A stretch of DNA of 64,000 bases from Clostridia bacterium (GTDB taxonomy: Bacteria; Bacillota; Clostridia; Acetivibrionales; STF1-152). The position numbers and the translations under genes were made by a program. Shown here piece by piece: positions 46,047-55,017 of the stretch (its first letter is position 1; the number at the start of each line of letters is the position of its first letter). Location: NCBI GenBank assembly GCA_028280575.1, contig JANQLN010000050.1:14136-78135 (forward strand), given 5' to 3'. Below the pieces are notes generated by a model. It had not been told where the DNA came from. It worked only from the letters and a program-made list of their open reading frames with translations, and made no database searches.

Positions 46047-46161
46047 AGGAGTCATGTGACCGGCGGAATAAGTGGAATGAACCACAGAGAAGCATGGCTT
46101 TTGGGATTATCGGCCGCCTGGGTATATAAGCATATACCTGGGTGGCTTTATTAGTGTTTTT
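46047..46161 (+). promoter_or_regulatory. ZTP/ZMP riboswitch (pfl motif) with terminator expression platform
   Basis: P1 is GUCAUG (46051-56) paired with CAUGGC (46093-98). UGACCGGCG matches the conserved UGACUGGCG. The P2 hairpin is GUGG-aaugaa-CCAC (46072-85). After a linker comes CGGCCGCCUGGG (46111-22), which matches the conserved CCGCCUGGG pseudoknot strand. glyA is a classic gene under this riboswitch class. Confidence 0.65.
46114..46161 (+). terminator. Intrinsic terminator overlapping the riboswitch 3' pseudoknot strand
   Basis: CCGCCUGGGUAUAU-aagc-AUAUACCUGGGUGG forms a 14-bp stem with 3 G-U pairs, followed by CUUUAUUAGUGUUUUU. Confidence 0.55.
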
Positions 46162-46216
46162 GACCGGTGTATTAGATAGTTGTCCCTGGTAAAAACATAT
46201 TCGGGAGGATGATTTG

Positions 46217-47734
46217 ATGAATGGGAAAAGTTTGTTGTCATTGTATTTGGAAAAGCAGGGAAAAGATAATATTGATTCTTCCGCTGCTTCATTTTACGCT
46301 TCTTGCGACCATATTAATTCTGTTTCACCGCTTGTTGCAAAGGCAATTATAAAAGAGCTGTTTGACCAGAAAGAGAATTTGAAGTTAATTGCCAGCGAGA
46401 ACTTTTGCTCACTTGCCGTACAGATGGCACAGGGCAATCTTTTTACGGACAAATATGCGGAAGGATATGCCGAGCACAGGTTTTATGCAGGATGTGAAAA
46501 TGTGGATGATGTTGAAAAGGAAGCGTCCAGGCTTGCATGCAAGCTATTTGGAGCAGAGTATGCATATGTGCAGCCCCACTCAGGGTCTGATGCGAACCTT
46601 CTGGCTTATTTAATGGCGTTATCCCATAAAATTCAAAGGCCTTTTATGGAGGGGATAAGCATTGATAACCCCTCAAATATGCAGGATAATGACTGGGAAG
46701 AGCTGAGAAAAGCTTTTTTCAGACAAAAGCTCTTTGCCCTTGATTACTATTCAGGAGGGCATTTGACCCATGGATACAGGCATAATTTTTCCAGTATGCT
46801 TTTCGATGTGCACAGTTATACAGTTAACCGTGATACTTATCTTATAAACCTGGATGATTTAAGAAAGCAAATACATGAAATAAAACCGCTGATATTTTTA
46901 GCCGGGTACAGTTCATACCCTCGAAAAATTAATTTTGCCAAGATGAGGGAAATTGCAGATGAAGTTGGAGCAGTATTCATGGTGGACATGTCACACTTTG
47001 CAGGTTTGGTTGCAGGAAAAGTATTTACAGGGGATTACAATCCCATACCATATGCTCATATTGTTACGACAACAACTCATAAGACACTCAGAGGACCCAG
47101 AGGGGGCGTTGTAATGTGCAAGAATGATTTTGCACAATGGGCGGATAAAGGCTGCCCCATAATACAGGGAGGACCGCTGCCACATGTAATTGCAGCGAAA
47201 GCAGTCGCATTTAAAGAAGCACTTGCTCCCGAATTTTCTGAATATGCTCATAAAATAGTTAATAATTCAGTTATGCTTGCAGAGCATTGTATGAATGAAT
47301 CATTGGATGTGGTTACAGGGGGAACAGATAACCATTTGCTGCTTGTTGATGTTGCAAAAAGCTTTGGCATTACCGGCAGGCAGGCCGAATCTGCCCTCAG
47401 GGATTGTGGAATTACACTGAACCGTAATGTGCTGCCTTTTGATAAAAATGGTCCCTGGTATACAAGCGGATTGAGACTTGGCACTCCTGCAGTAACAACT
47501 TTGGGTATGGGAAGTGAAGAAATGAAGGAAATTGCAAAAACTATAAAGCTTGTATTGCAAAAAACTTCTCCTAAAACTTTAAAATCAGGCAAAAAGAGCC
47601 TTGCTAAATATACTGTTCCTGAGAAAATAGTCAAAGAGGCACATCAATGTGTTGGCAATTTACTGAAAAAATATCCTTTGTATCCCAACCTGGATATTGA
47701 AATAATCAGGGAAAGCGGAATTACAAGGAGCTGA
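46217..47734 (+). CDS. glyA: Serine hydroxymethyltransferase, unusually long form
   Basis: Motifs LIASENFCS, NKYAEGY-like DKYAEGYAEHRFYAGCE, VQPHSGSDAN, TTTTHKTLRGPRGG (PLP Lys). It is about 505 aa versus about 415 typical. I place the start at ATG 46217 (GGGAGG 8 nt upstream). Confidence 0.9.
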   Translation: MNGKSLLSLYLEKQGKDNIDSSAASFYASCDHINSVSPLVAKAIIKELFDQKENLKLIASENFCSLAVQMAQGNLFTDKYAEGYAEHRFYAGCENVDDVEKEASRLACKLFGAEYAYVQPHSGSDANLLAYLMALSHKIQRPFMEGISIDNPSNMQDNDWEELRKAFFRQKLFALDYYSGGHLTHGYRHNFSSMLFDVHSYTVNRDTYLINLDDLRKQIHEIKPLIFLAGYSSYPRKINFAKMREIADEVGAVFMVDMSHFAGLVAGKVFTGDYNPIPYAHIVTTTTHKTLRGPRGGVVMCKNDFAQWADKGCPIIQGGPLPHVIAAKAVAFKEALAPEFSEYAHKIVNNSVMLAEHCMNESLDVVTGGTDNHLLLVDVAKSFGITGRQAESALRDCGITLNRNVLPFDKNGPWYTSGLRLGTPAVTTLGMGSEEMKEIAKTIKLVLQKTSPKTLKSGKKSLAKYTVPEKIVKEAHQCVGNLLKKYPLYPNLDIEIIRESGITRS

Positions 47735-47785
47735 TATTTCATATAACTTTAAAAAAAAAAGCTTTTTTAATTTTGTAAGAAAGTA

Positions 47786-47814
47786 TTGAACAATTATAAA
47801 AAAGGTGCTATTAT
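47786..47814 (+). promoter_or_regulatory. Promoter of the TetR gene
   Basis: TTGAAC (47786-47791), a 17-nt spacer, then an extended -10 TGcTATTAT (47806-47814). Confidence 0.55.
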
Positions 47815-47819
47815 ATATG

Positions 47820-47845
47820 TATAAGTAACTATTCGGTTACTTATA
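47820..47845. promoter_or_regulatory. Palindromic operator O1 (TetR autoregulation site)
   Basis: TATAAGTAAC-tattcg-GTTACTTATA has perfect 10-bp arms. It starts 6 nt after the -10 box and so covers the predicted transcription start. Confidence 0.65.
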
Positions 47846-47869
47846 TGCTTTTTTATATGGGAGATTCAT

Positions 47870-48499
47870 ATGAAGAATAGAAAAGTGAGAGATTCTCAAA
47901 AATCAAGGGAAGACATATTGCTTGCGGCAGAGCAGGAATTTGCTGAAAAAGGAATATATGGAGCACGCATTGATGAAATTGCAGCAAAGGCCAATATAAA
48001 CAAGAGGATGATATATGAGTATTTCGGGAACAAGGAAGAGCTGTACAAGATTGTTCTTGCCAATGTATACAGCCGTTTGAGCCGGAAGGAGATCGATGTA
48101 TTGTCAGAGGATGCTTCATGTGTTGAGATCATTAAAAAAGTGATCAGCTTGTATTTTGATTATTTGAGCCATAATCCTTCATATGTCAATTTGATACTTT
48201 GGGAGAACCTGAATAAGGGCATGTATATCAAGGACATGGATTTTACACATATAAAAACACCTGAGCTTGACCTTTTGAGAAAAGTTATTGAAAGAGGCAA
48301 GGAAGAGGGCATTTTCAAGCCGGATGTTGACACCGAACAGGTTGTATTGTCTCTTTTGACATATAGTTTTTCATATTTTTCAAACAGGTATACACTGTCC
48401 AAGCTTTTGGGAAAAAAGCTGGATAATGAAGAAAATATCAAAAAAAGGATAAAGAATGTTACAGAGATGTTTTTGGAATATTTGTGTATAAAGCCATAA
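47870..48499 (+). CDS. TetR/AcrR-family transcriptional regulator
   Basis: 209 aa. N-terminal HTH SREDILLAAEQEFAEKGIYGARIDEIAAKANINKRMIYEYFGNKEELY. Confidence 0.9.
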   Translation: MKNRKVRDSQKSREDILLAAEQEFAEKGIYGARIDEIAAKANINKRMIYEYFGNKEELYKIVLANVYSRLSRKEIDVLSEDASCVEIIKKVISLYFDYLSHNPSYVNLILWENLNKGMYIKDMDFTHIKTPELDLLRKVIERGKEEGIFKPDVDTEQVVLSLLTYSFSYFSNRYTLSKLLGKKLDNEENIKKRIKNVTEMFLEYLCIKP

Positions 48500-48542
48500 A
48501 AGATAAAGGCTTTATACAAAAATGAATAAGTATATATTTTGC

Positions 48543-48572
48543 CATATAAATAACTAACTGGTTATTTATATG
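48543..48572. promoter_or_regulatory. Palindromic operator O2 in front of the creatininase-family gene
   Basis: CATATAAATAAC-taactg-GTTATTTATATG has perfect 12-bp arms and the same core and 6-nt spacer as O1. It ends at the RBS GAAGAGGTG of the next gene. Confidence 0.65.
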
Positions 48573-48587
48573 AAGAGGTGATTATTT

Positions 48588-49298
48588 ATGCTTGATTATT
48601 ATTCAACTGCAGACGAGATTCAAGATTCCGGTATTGATACAGCTCTGCTGCCTGTAGGCTCAGTAGAACAGCATGGACCGCATCTTCCAATAGCTACTGA
48701 TTTGATGATAGCCTCTGCTGTTGGGAAAAAGGTGTCAGAAAGACTGAATGTGCTTTTGCTTCCAACCCTGCCTGTCAGTACATGCAGGGAGCACATGGGC
48801 AAAAAGGGAAGTGTGTGGATTAATCCCGACACATTTTATTACATGATCCGGGATATTGTTTTGAGCCTTAAGGAGCAGGGATTTAAAAGGGTAATTCTTC
48901 TTATTGCCCATGGTGGCATATTCATAGCCAATCCTGCTGTCAGGGAGCTCAACGCTACAAATAATGATATAAAAGTTATAAAGGTTGACCTGGTTGGGTT
49001 CATGGGATCAAAAGAAATGGCTGTGATACTGGATTGTGAGGATAATCTTCATGCAGGTGAGCTTGAAACTTCAATTATCCTTTACCTTGACAAAGAGCTT
49101 GTAAAGAAGAAAAAAAATGTGGATTCAATACCCGGGGTACCCAGGGATTATCTCAATTATGGATCAATATTCAAATACAGTGAGAATGGAGTATGGGGAA
49201 AGCCCAGCCTTGCAAGCTGTGAAAAGGGAGAAAAAATATTCGGATTGCTTGTTGATATGAGTATAAATTATGTAAAAAAAATAAATGAGCTGATATGA
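48588..49298 (+). CDS. Creatininase-family (creatinine amidohydrolase/ArfB/MftE-type) metal-dependent amidohydrolase
   Basis: 236 aa. Motifs LLPVGSVEQHGPHLPIATD, LIAHGG, HAGELETS. Confidence 0.8.
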   Translation: MLDYYSTADEIQDSGIDTALLPVGSVEQHGPHLPIATDLMIASAVGKKVSERLNVLLLPTLPVSTCREHMGKKGSVWINPDTFYYMIRDIVLSLKEQGFKRVILLIAHGGIFIANPAVRELNATNNDIKVIKVDLVGFMGSKEMAVILDCEDNLHAGELETSIILYLDKELVKKKKNVDSIPGVPRDYLNYGSIFKYSENGVWGKPSLASCEKGEKIFGLLVDMSINYVKKINELI

Positions 49299-49429
49299 AG
49301 CAGTGTGATTTTTGTTATGGTAGTGAGTTGAGGCAGTTTTAGAAAAGCTGCGAAAATGATTATAACTGTAAACTGGATTAGCATTTATAATCTTAGCTCA
49401 TGGTTAAAAAAACGGAGGGGTGTTTTAAA

Positions 49430-50503
49430 TTGAGTGGAAAAGTAAAGGTTTTACTTGTGGGGGCAGCTTTTAGTGCAGACCTTCATATGGAAGGCTATGC
49501 AAGGTGCAGGGACATTGCACAGATTGTGGCCATTTGTGACAAGGATGTATCAAGGATAAAGGAACTGGCTGAAAGATTCGGAGTTGAAAACTACAAGGCA
49601 TATGACAATTATGATGATGCAATTGATGAGGTTGAATGTGATTTAGTGGATATATGTCTTCCAAACTTTCTTCATCATGATGTTGCCCTTAAGGCGTTTA
49701 AAAAGGGCAGGCATGTTATTTCAGAAAAGCCTCTTGCCACTACTGCTGAAGATGCCTGGGAAATGGTTGATGCGGCAGTAAAGGCCGGTAGGAAGCTCTT
49801 TTATGCAGAAGATTGGCTGTTTGCGCCGGCACTTGGCAAGGCATTGGAAATTGTAGAGGAAGGAGCAATAGGAAAACCAATGTATATAAGGGCAAGGGAG
49901 TGCCACAACGGTTCCCATTCACCATTCACTCAGACAATCAAGTATTGCGGAGGAGGTTGTATGGTTCATCTGGGAATTCATCCGGTCGGCTTTATGCTTG
50001 CCCTTAAAAACAACAGGTGGACCGAATTGGTTGCAATGACATCAGGCGGCTCTGAAAACAACTATATACACAAAAAAATGGAAGGGGAAGACTGGGCCGC
50101 TTGCATTATCAAGTTTGAGGACGGTACGTCCGCACTTCTTGAGTCAAACTATATTACAGTTGGCGGCATGGAGGACGTAATAGACATTTACGGGACAGAT
50201 GGATGCATGCATATTGACCTGACATTCTCATCAGCAATCAAATGCTTCTCTACTCCAGGGCTTAAATATACTGTGGAAAAGGCAGATATGACAAAAGGGT
50301 GGTCCCGGCCCGCAGTAGATGAGAAATTCAATCTTGGATATGTTGGTGAGATAAGACACTTCATGGAATGCTGCCTTGAAAACAGGGATGCAAAGACAGG
50401 ACTCAGGGGGATAGACGGCCTTGAAGCACTCAAGGTTATAAACCTGATATACAAGTCGGCAAAAGAAGGCAGGAAAATTGTTAATGAAGCAATAAGCGTT
50501 TAA
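49430..50503 (+). CDS. Gfo/Idh/MocA-family NAD(P)-dependent oxidoreductase
   Basis: Motifs VKVLLVGAAFSADLH, ICLPNFLHH, VISEKPLA. I place the start at TTG 49430 (GGAGGGG 9 nt upstream); the track ATG 49400 lacks an RBS. Confidence 0.8.
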   Translation: MSGKVKVLLVGAAFSADLHMEGYARCRDIAQIVAICDKDVSRIKELAERFGVENYKAYDNYDDAIDEVECDLVDICLPNFLHHDVALKAFKKGRHVISEKPLATTAEDAWEMVDAAVKAGRKLFYAEDWLFAPALGKALEIVEEGAIGKPMYIRARECHNGSHSPFTQTIKYCGGGCMVHLGIHPVGFMLALKNNRWTELVAMTSGGSENNYIHKKMEGEDWAACIIKFEDGTSALLESNYITVGGMEDVIDIYGTDGCMHIDLTFSSAIKCFSTPGLKYTVEKADMTKGWSRPAVDEKFNLGYVGEIRHFMECCLENRDAKTGLRGIDGLEALKVINLIYKSAKEGRKIVNEAISV

Positions 50504-50526
50504 TTCTCTTAAGAATGGAGGTCAAT

Positions 50527-53178
50527 ATGGGAAAAGATTTATATTTGCCTGTGGATATCGCAGGTATAACATTCAAAAATCCGTTTTATGTCGCTTCAGG
50601 ACCTACTACAAAATCGGTAAAGCAGCTTGTAAGAATTGAACAGACCGGATGGGCGGCAGCCAGTATAAAGCTTACAATTGATCCTGCACCATATATTAAC
50701 AGGGTTCCAAGGTATGCCATATTCAAAGACCGGGATGCCCTTTGCTTTACTGCTGAAAAAAGACTTACGTTTGAAGAGGGCTTAAGGCTTGTGGAGGATG
50801 CAAAAAAGGAGCTCTGTGAACTGATCCTTATGGCCAATATCACATATGCGGGGGATAAAGGGGCCCAAGGATGGGTCAATATGGCAAAGAAGTTTGAAGA
50901 GGCCGGTGCGGATATTATTGAGCTTAACATGTGCTGTCCCAATATGTCATATAATGTTGAGCTGTCAAGCTGCAATGATAAAGCCTGTAATGTACGCACA
51001 GGTGCAAGCCTTGGACAGCAGGGCGATGTTGTTGCAGGGATTGTGCGTGAAATAAAAAAAGTGATTGGGATTCCATTGTTTGTTAAACTCACCCCGGAAG
51101 GGGGAAAGATTGCACAGGTTGCAAAATCCCTTTATGAAGCAGGTGCGGATGCAGTAGGCGGAACATCAAACCGTCTGGGAATTCCTCCAATTGATCTTGA
51201 TAATCCCGCCAGGGCGGTTTACCACTTGCAGGATGAAATCAGCATGTCCTGCCATTCAGGTGCCTGGCTCAAACCTCTTGCTTTGAGGGATACGTATGAG
51301 ATGAGAAAGGTAAGCGGACCGGAAATGAGAATCATGCAGGCGGGAGGGGTACGAAACTACAGGGATGCAGTTGAGATGGTCATGTCAGGTGCCGATCTGA
51401 TAGGAATATGCGCAGAAACCCTGATAAGCGGCTATGGATTCATAGAAGAGCTGATTTCAGATATGAAGGATTATATGGATGAGCATGGATACGGGTCCCT
51501 GGTGGAAATGAGAGATTTGATTGTTCCTGAAGTTAAAAGTGCTCCGGACCTGACACTCTATGAAGGACATGCAAGGATATCAAAGCCTGAGCTTGCAGCT
51601 CCCTGTAAAGCAGCATGTCCCCATAACGTACCTGCCCAGGCATATGTGCAAAAGGTTGCAAAAGGCAGGTTCAGGCAGGCCTATGATTTGATAATGGGCA
51701 AAAATCCGCTCCAGTCGGTTTGCGGATGGGTATGCAGCCATCCATGCGAAGAAGAGTGTACAAGAGGTGTAGCAGGTATACCGGTCAGGATCAGGGAAAT
51801 CAAAAGATTTGTGATTGAATATGGCAAAAAATCAGGGTGGAAGCCAAAAGTACCTGTAAAGGAAAAAAGAAACCAGAAGGTTGCAGTGATCGGTTCAGGT
51901 CCTGCCGGACTGTCCTGTGCATATAATCTTGCCGTATCCGGATATGAGGTTACGGTGTTTGAAAAGGAAGATTATATCGGGGGTATGCTGCGCTATGGCC
52001 TTCCCAGGTTCAGGATGTGCCACAGTGTTCTTGACGATGAAATTGGCATGCTGAAATCAATGGGAATCCGGTTTGAAACAGGCAAGGCATTGGGCAGGCA
52101 TGTAAATATTGATAAGCTTAAGTCTGACGGTTATGCTTCCATATTCCTTGGGACAGGTGCACAGAAAGGTTATGAACTGGGCATTGAGGGGGAACATGCA
52201 GATGGTGTTGTATCGGCAATAGATTTTCTTAAAAGTTTTTACGACGGGAAAAGGATAAATGTGGGTAAAAGAGCTGTAGTCATAGGAGGAGGCTTCACTG
52301 CCGTTGATGCAGCCAGGACTGTTAAAAGACTGGGAGCAGATGAAGTATTTATTGCTTACAGGCGCACAAAGGATGAAATGCCTGCATCACAGGATGAAGT
52401 AAGAGAGGCTGAAGAAGAAGGTATCAAGGTCATGTACCTAGTTTCACCCAGGTCAATAAAAACAAAAAATGAAAAGGTTACCGGCATTACGATGGTAAAT
52501 CAGGTATTGGGTGAAAGAGATTCCTCCAACAGGCGCAGACCTGAAGAAATAGAAGCTGCTGAATTCACCCTGCCCTGTGACATTGTTATTGCTGCAACAG
52601 GCCAGATGCCTGATCCCATTGGTATCCGGGAGGTTGCAGCCAATAGGAAGGGGATGGTGATTGCCGACCGGACGACAGGAGCTACGAATATTAAAGGAGT
52701 ATATGCGGGAGGGGATGTCACCAATGTCCAGACTGTAATAGCTGCTGTCGCAGCAGGTAAAAAATGTGCCTGCTCCATTGACAAGCTTTTGTCAGGTGAT
52801 GATGCGGTATTGGAATACCAGGAGGAACTGCCGGCAGTATCCCCGGAGGGAGTGTTGAGAAGAGCCGGATATTTCAAGGACAATGACGGAATTGATTTAT
52901 ACACAATGGATGGCAAGGAAAGATTGGAAAATTTCTCAACCTATATAAGGACAATGACAGAGGACGAAGCGGTAAATGAGGCAAAGAGATGCCTTAACTG
53001 TGGCTGTGGAGAGGGATGCGGATTGTGTGCAGACATATGCAGTGAGTTTGCCATTCATTTGGACTCGCCGGATAAATGGAGAGTTGACAGCGAGGAATGT
53101 GTAGCATGTGGTATGTGTTATAATAGATGTCCCAATCAAAATATTGATATGGTTGACAAGGGCATAGTTGTTAAATAA
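50527..53178 (+). CDS. Three-module flavo-iron-sulfur oxidoreductase: DHOD/DPD-like FMN TIM barrel + GltD/PreT-like FAD/NAD(P)H module + 2x[4Fe-4S] ferredoxin tail
   Basis: N-terminal module: ITFKNPFYVASGP, IELNMCCPNM, LFVKLTP. Middle module: CKAACPHNVP...CGWVCSHPCEEECTRG, VAVIGSGPAGLSCAYNL, AVVIGGGFTAVDAAR, YAGGDV. C-terminal tail: CLNCGCGEGCGLCADIC ... CVACGMCYNRCP. I place the start at ATG 50527 (GGAGG 5 nt upstream). Confidence 0.8.
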   Translation: MGKDLYLPVDIAGITFKNPFYVASGPTTKSVKQLVRIEQTGWAAASIKLTIDPAPYINRVPRYAIFKDRDALCFTAEKRLTFEEGLRLVEDAKKELCELILMANITYAGDKGAQGWVNMAKKFEEAGADIIELNMCCPNMSYNVELSSCNDKACNVRTGASLGQQGDVVAGIVREIKKVIGIPLFVKLTPEGGKIAQVAKSLYEAGADAVGGTSNRLGIPPIDLDNPARAVYHLQDEISMSCHSGAWLKPLALRDTYEMRKVSGPEMRIMQAGGVRNYRDAVEMVMSGADLIGICAETLISGYGFIEELISDMKDYMDEHGYGSLVEMRDLIVPEVKSAPDLTLYEGHARISKPELAAPCKAACPHNVPAQAYVQKVAKGRFRQAYDLIMGKNPLQSVCGWVCSHPCEEECTRGVAGIPVRIREIKRFVIEYGKKSGWKPKVPVKEKRNQKVAVIGSGPAGLSCAYNLAVSGYEVTVFEKEDYIGGMLRYGLPRFRMCHSVLDDEIGMLKSMGIRFETGKALGRHVNIDKLKSDGYASIFLGTGAQKGYELGIEGEHADGVVSAIDFLKSFYDGKRINVGKRAVVIGGGFTAVDAARTVKRLGADEVFIAYRRTKDEMPASQDEVREAEEEGIKVMYLVSPRSIKTKNEKVTGITMVNQVLGERDSSNRRRPEEIEAAEFTLPCDIVIAATGQMPDPIGIREVAANRKGMVIADRTTGATNIKGVYAGGDVTNVQTVIAAVAAGKKCACSIDKLLSGDDAVLEYQEELPAVSPEGVLRRAGYFKDNDGIDLYTMDGKERLENFSTYIRTMTEDEAVNEAKRCLNCGCGEGCGLCADICSEFAIHLDSPDKWRVDSEECVACGMCYNRCPNQNIDMVDKGIVVK

Positions 53179-53245
53179 TTGTATAGCAATGTCCATCAAT
53201 GAAGAATGATGAATCATTAATGATAAGGAAAAATGGGGGGATTGG

Positions 53246-54178
53246 ATGAAGATATTGATTACGCCCAGGTCTTTTTCCAGGTCTAAGGAATTGGCCTTGG
53301 AGATACTAAAGGACTATGATTTGGACATTATTGAAAATACTACCGGAAAAACATTTGATGAAGAGCAAATGAACAGCCTCTGCAGTGATGTTGACGGAGT
53401 TATTGTTGGAATTGATCCTATGACTGAAAGGGTATTGGGAAATGCCAAAAACCTGAAAGCCATTTCAAAATATGGTGCAGGTCTTGACAATATTGACATT
53501 GACACTGCAAACAAGCTTGGGATAAAAGTAGAAAGGGCTGTAGGTACCAATGCCGTTTCTGTTGCCGAGCTTGCAATAGGTTTGTTTTTTGAGCTGTCCA
53601 GAAAAATATCTGCCTCGGCTGCAAGTGTCAAAAATGGTGGATGGGACAGATTCATCGGATGTGAATTGACCGGTAAGACTGCAGGAATAATAGGCTTGGG
53701 TGCAATTGGCAGAAAAGCTGCTTCCATGGCAGCAGGGATAGGGATGAAAGTTATCGCATATGATCCATATTTCAAGGATGACAGTTTTCTCAAAGAATAT
53801 GACATTCAAATGAAGCCACTGGATAAAGTCCTTAGACAGGGAGACTATATTTCCCTGCATGTGCCGGTGACAGAGGAAACAAGCAATATGATAAACAGGG
53901 AGACGCTGAAGGTAATGAAAAAAACGGCATTTCTCATAAATACTTCAAGAGGGGGACTGGCAGATGAAGATATGCTGTATCAAGCCCTTGCAGATGGTGA
54001 GATTGCAGGTGCTGCCCAGGATGTATTTTCCAAGGAACCTCCGGGAGAACATAAGCTGCTGGGACTTCAAAACTTTATATTGACACCGCATATTGGTGCC
54101 TATACAAAAGAAGCCAACCAGAGAATGGTAGTGCAGTCAACAAAAAACCTGGTAAATATGTTATTTGGAGATGAGTAA
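53246..54178 (+). CDS. D-isomer-specific 2-hydroxyacid dehydrogenase (phosphoglycerate-dehydrogenase-like)
   Basis: 310 aa. Motifs GIIGLGAIGRKAASMAAGIGMKV, NTSRGGL, AAQDVF, TPHIGA. Confidence 0.85.
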   Translation: MKILITPRSFSRSKELALEILKDYDLDIIENTTGKTFDEEQMNSLCSDVDGVIVGIDPMTERVLGNAKNLKAISKYGAGLDNIDIDTANKLGIKVERAVGTNAVSVAELAIGLFFELSRKISASAASVKNGGWDRFIGCELTGKTAGIIGLGAIGRKAASMAAGIGMKVIAYDPYFKDDSFLKEYDIQMKPLDKVLRQGDYISLHVPVTEETSNMINRETLKVMKKTAFLINTSRGGLADEDMLYQALADGEIAGAAQDVFSKEPPGEHKLLGLQNFILTPHIGAYTKEANQRMVVQSTKNLVNMLFGDE

Positions 54179-54191
54179 AGGAGGCATTTTT

Positions 54192-55010
54192 ATGAAAGTG
54201 AATTTTGACATTGCAGGAAAAACTGCAGCAATTATGGGTGGAGCCGGTGTATTGTGCAGCGAAATGGCAAAGCAGCTTGCCAAAAAAGGTGTAAAGGTAG
54301 CTGTTTTGGATTTGATTGGAGATAAGGCAGAGGAAGCTGCCGATGAAATAAACAAAGCAGGCGGGAAAGCAATAGGCGTTGAGAGCAATGTGCTTGACAA
54401 GGACAGTCTTATTCTTGCAAGAGACATTGTGTTGAAAGAGTTTGGAGCAATTGATATTTTAATAAATGGTGCAGGTGGAAACAAGAAGGAGGGTACAACC
54501 GGACCTGACATGAGTTTCTTTGACATACCTCTGGATGCCCTGCAGTGGGTATTCAATTTGAATTTTATGGGTACTGTCCTTGCCACCCAGGTTTTCAGTG
54601 AAGTAATGGTAAAAAGGGGCAAGGGAAATGTCATTAATGTATCATCAATGGCAGCTATTTCACCTCTTACCAGAACCATAAGCTATTCGGCGGCAAAGGC
54701 AGCTGTAAGCAACTTCACCCAGTGGATGGCAGTTCATTTCAATCAGAATTATTCAAAGGATATACGGGTTAATGCCATAGCACCGGGATTTTTACTGACT
54801 GAGCAGAACATGTACCTGCTGACCGATAAAGAGACAGGAGAAAGTACACCAAGGGGAAAATCCATTATTGACAATACACCGATGGGAAGATATGGGAGGC
54901 CTGATGAGCTTGTTGGAGCGATTATATGGCTGTCTTCAGATGCATCATCATTTGTCAATGGCGCTGTAATACCTATAGATGGGGGCTTTTCCGCATTTTC
55001 GGGAGTATAA
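54192..55010 (+). CDS. SDR-family oxidoreductase (mannonate/fructuronate-reductase-like subgroup)
   Basis: Motifs KTAAIMGGAGVLCSEMA, NGAGGN, NVSSMAA, YSAAKAAV. I place the start at ATG 54192 (AAGGAGG 7 nt upstream). Confidence 0.85.
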   Translation: MKVNFDIAGKTAAIMGGAGVLCSEMAKQLAKKGVKVAVLDLIGDKAEEAADEINKAGGKAIGVESNVLDKDSLILARDIVLKEFGAIDILINGAGGNKKEGTTGPDMSFFDIPLDALQWVFNLNFMGTVLATQVFSEVMVKRGKGNVINVSSMAAISPLTRTISYSAAKAAVSNFTQWMAVHFNQNYSKDIRVNAIAPGFLLTEQNMYLLTDKETGESTPRGKSIIDNTPMGRYGRPDELVGAIIWLSSDASSFVNGAVIPIDGGFSAFSGV

Positions 55011-55017
55011 GGGGGGC

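Noticed and set aside
45940-46213. A glycine, THF or T-box riboswitch as the glyA leader.
   Set aside because: I did not see the conserved glycine-riboswitch tandem aptamer cores, THF motifs or a T-box sequence. The UGACCGGCG ... CCGCCUGGG pair fits the ZTP/pfl motif instead.
46107-46292. A 61-aa minus-strand ORF overlapping the glyA start and leader.
   Set aside because: It overlaps the riboswitch terminator and the glyA RBS on the opposite strand. It has no RBS and no recognisable motifs.
47735-47785. AAAAAAGCTTTTTT after glyA as an intrinsic terminator.
   Set aside because: It is a pure A/T palindrome around GC with negligible stem stability. It is not convincing as a terminator, although transcription may still end nearby.
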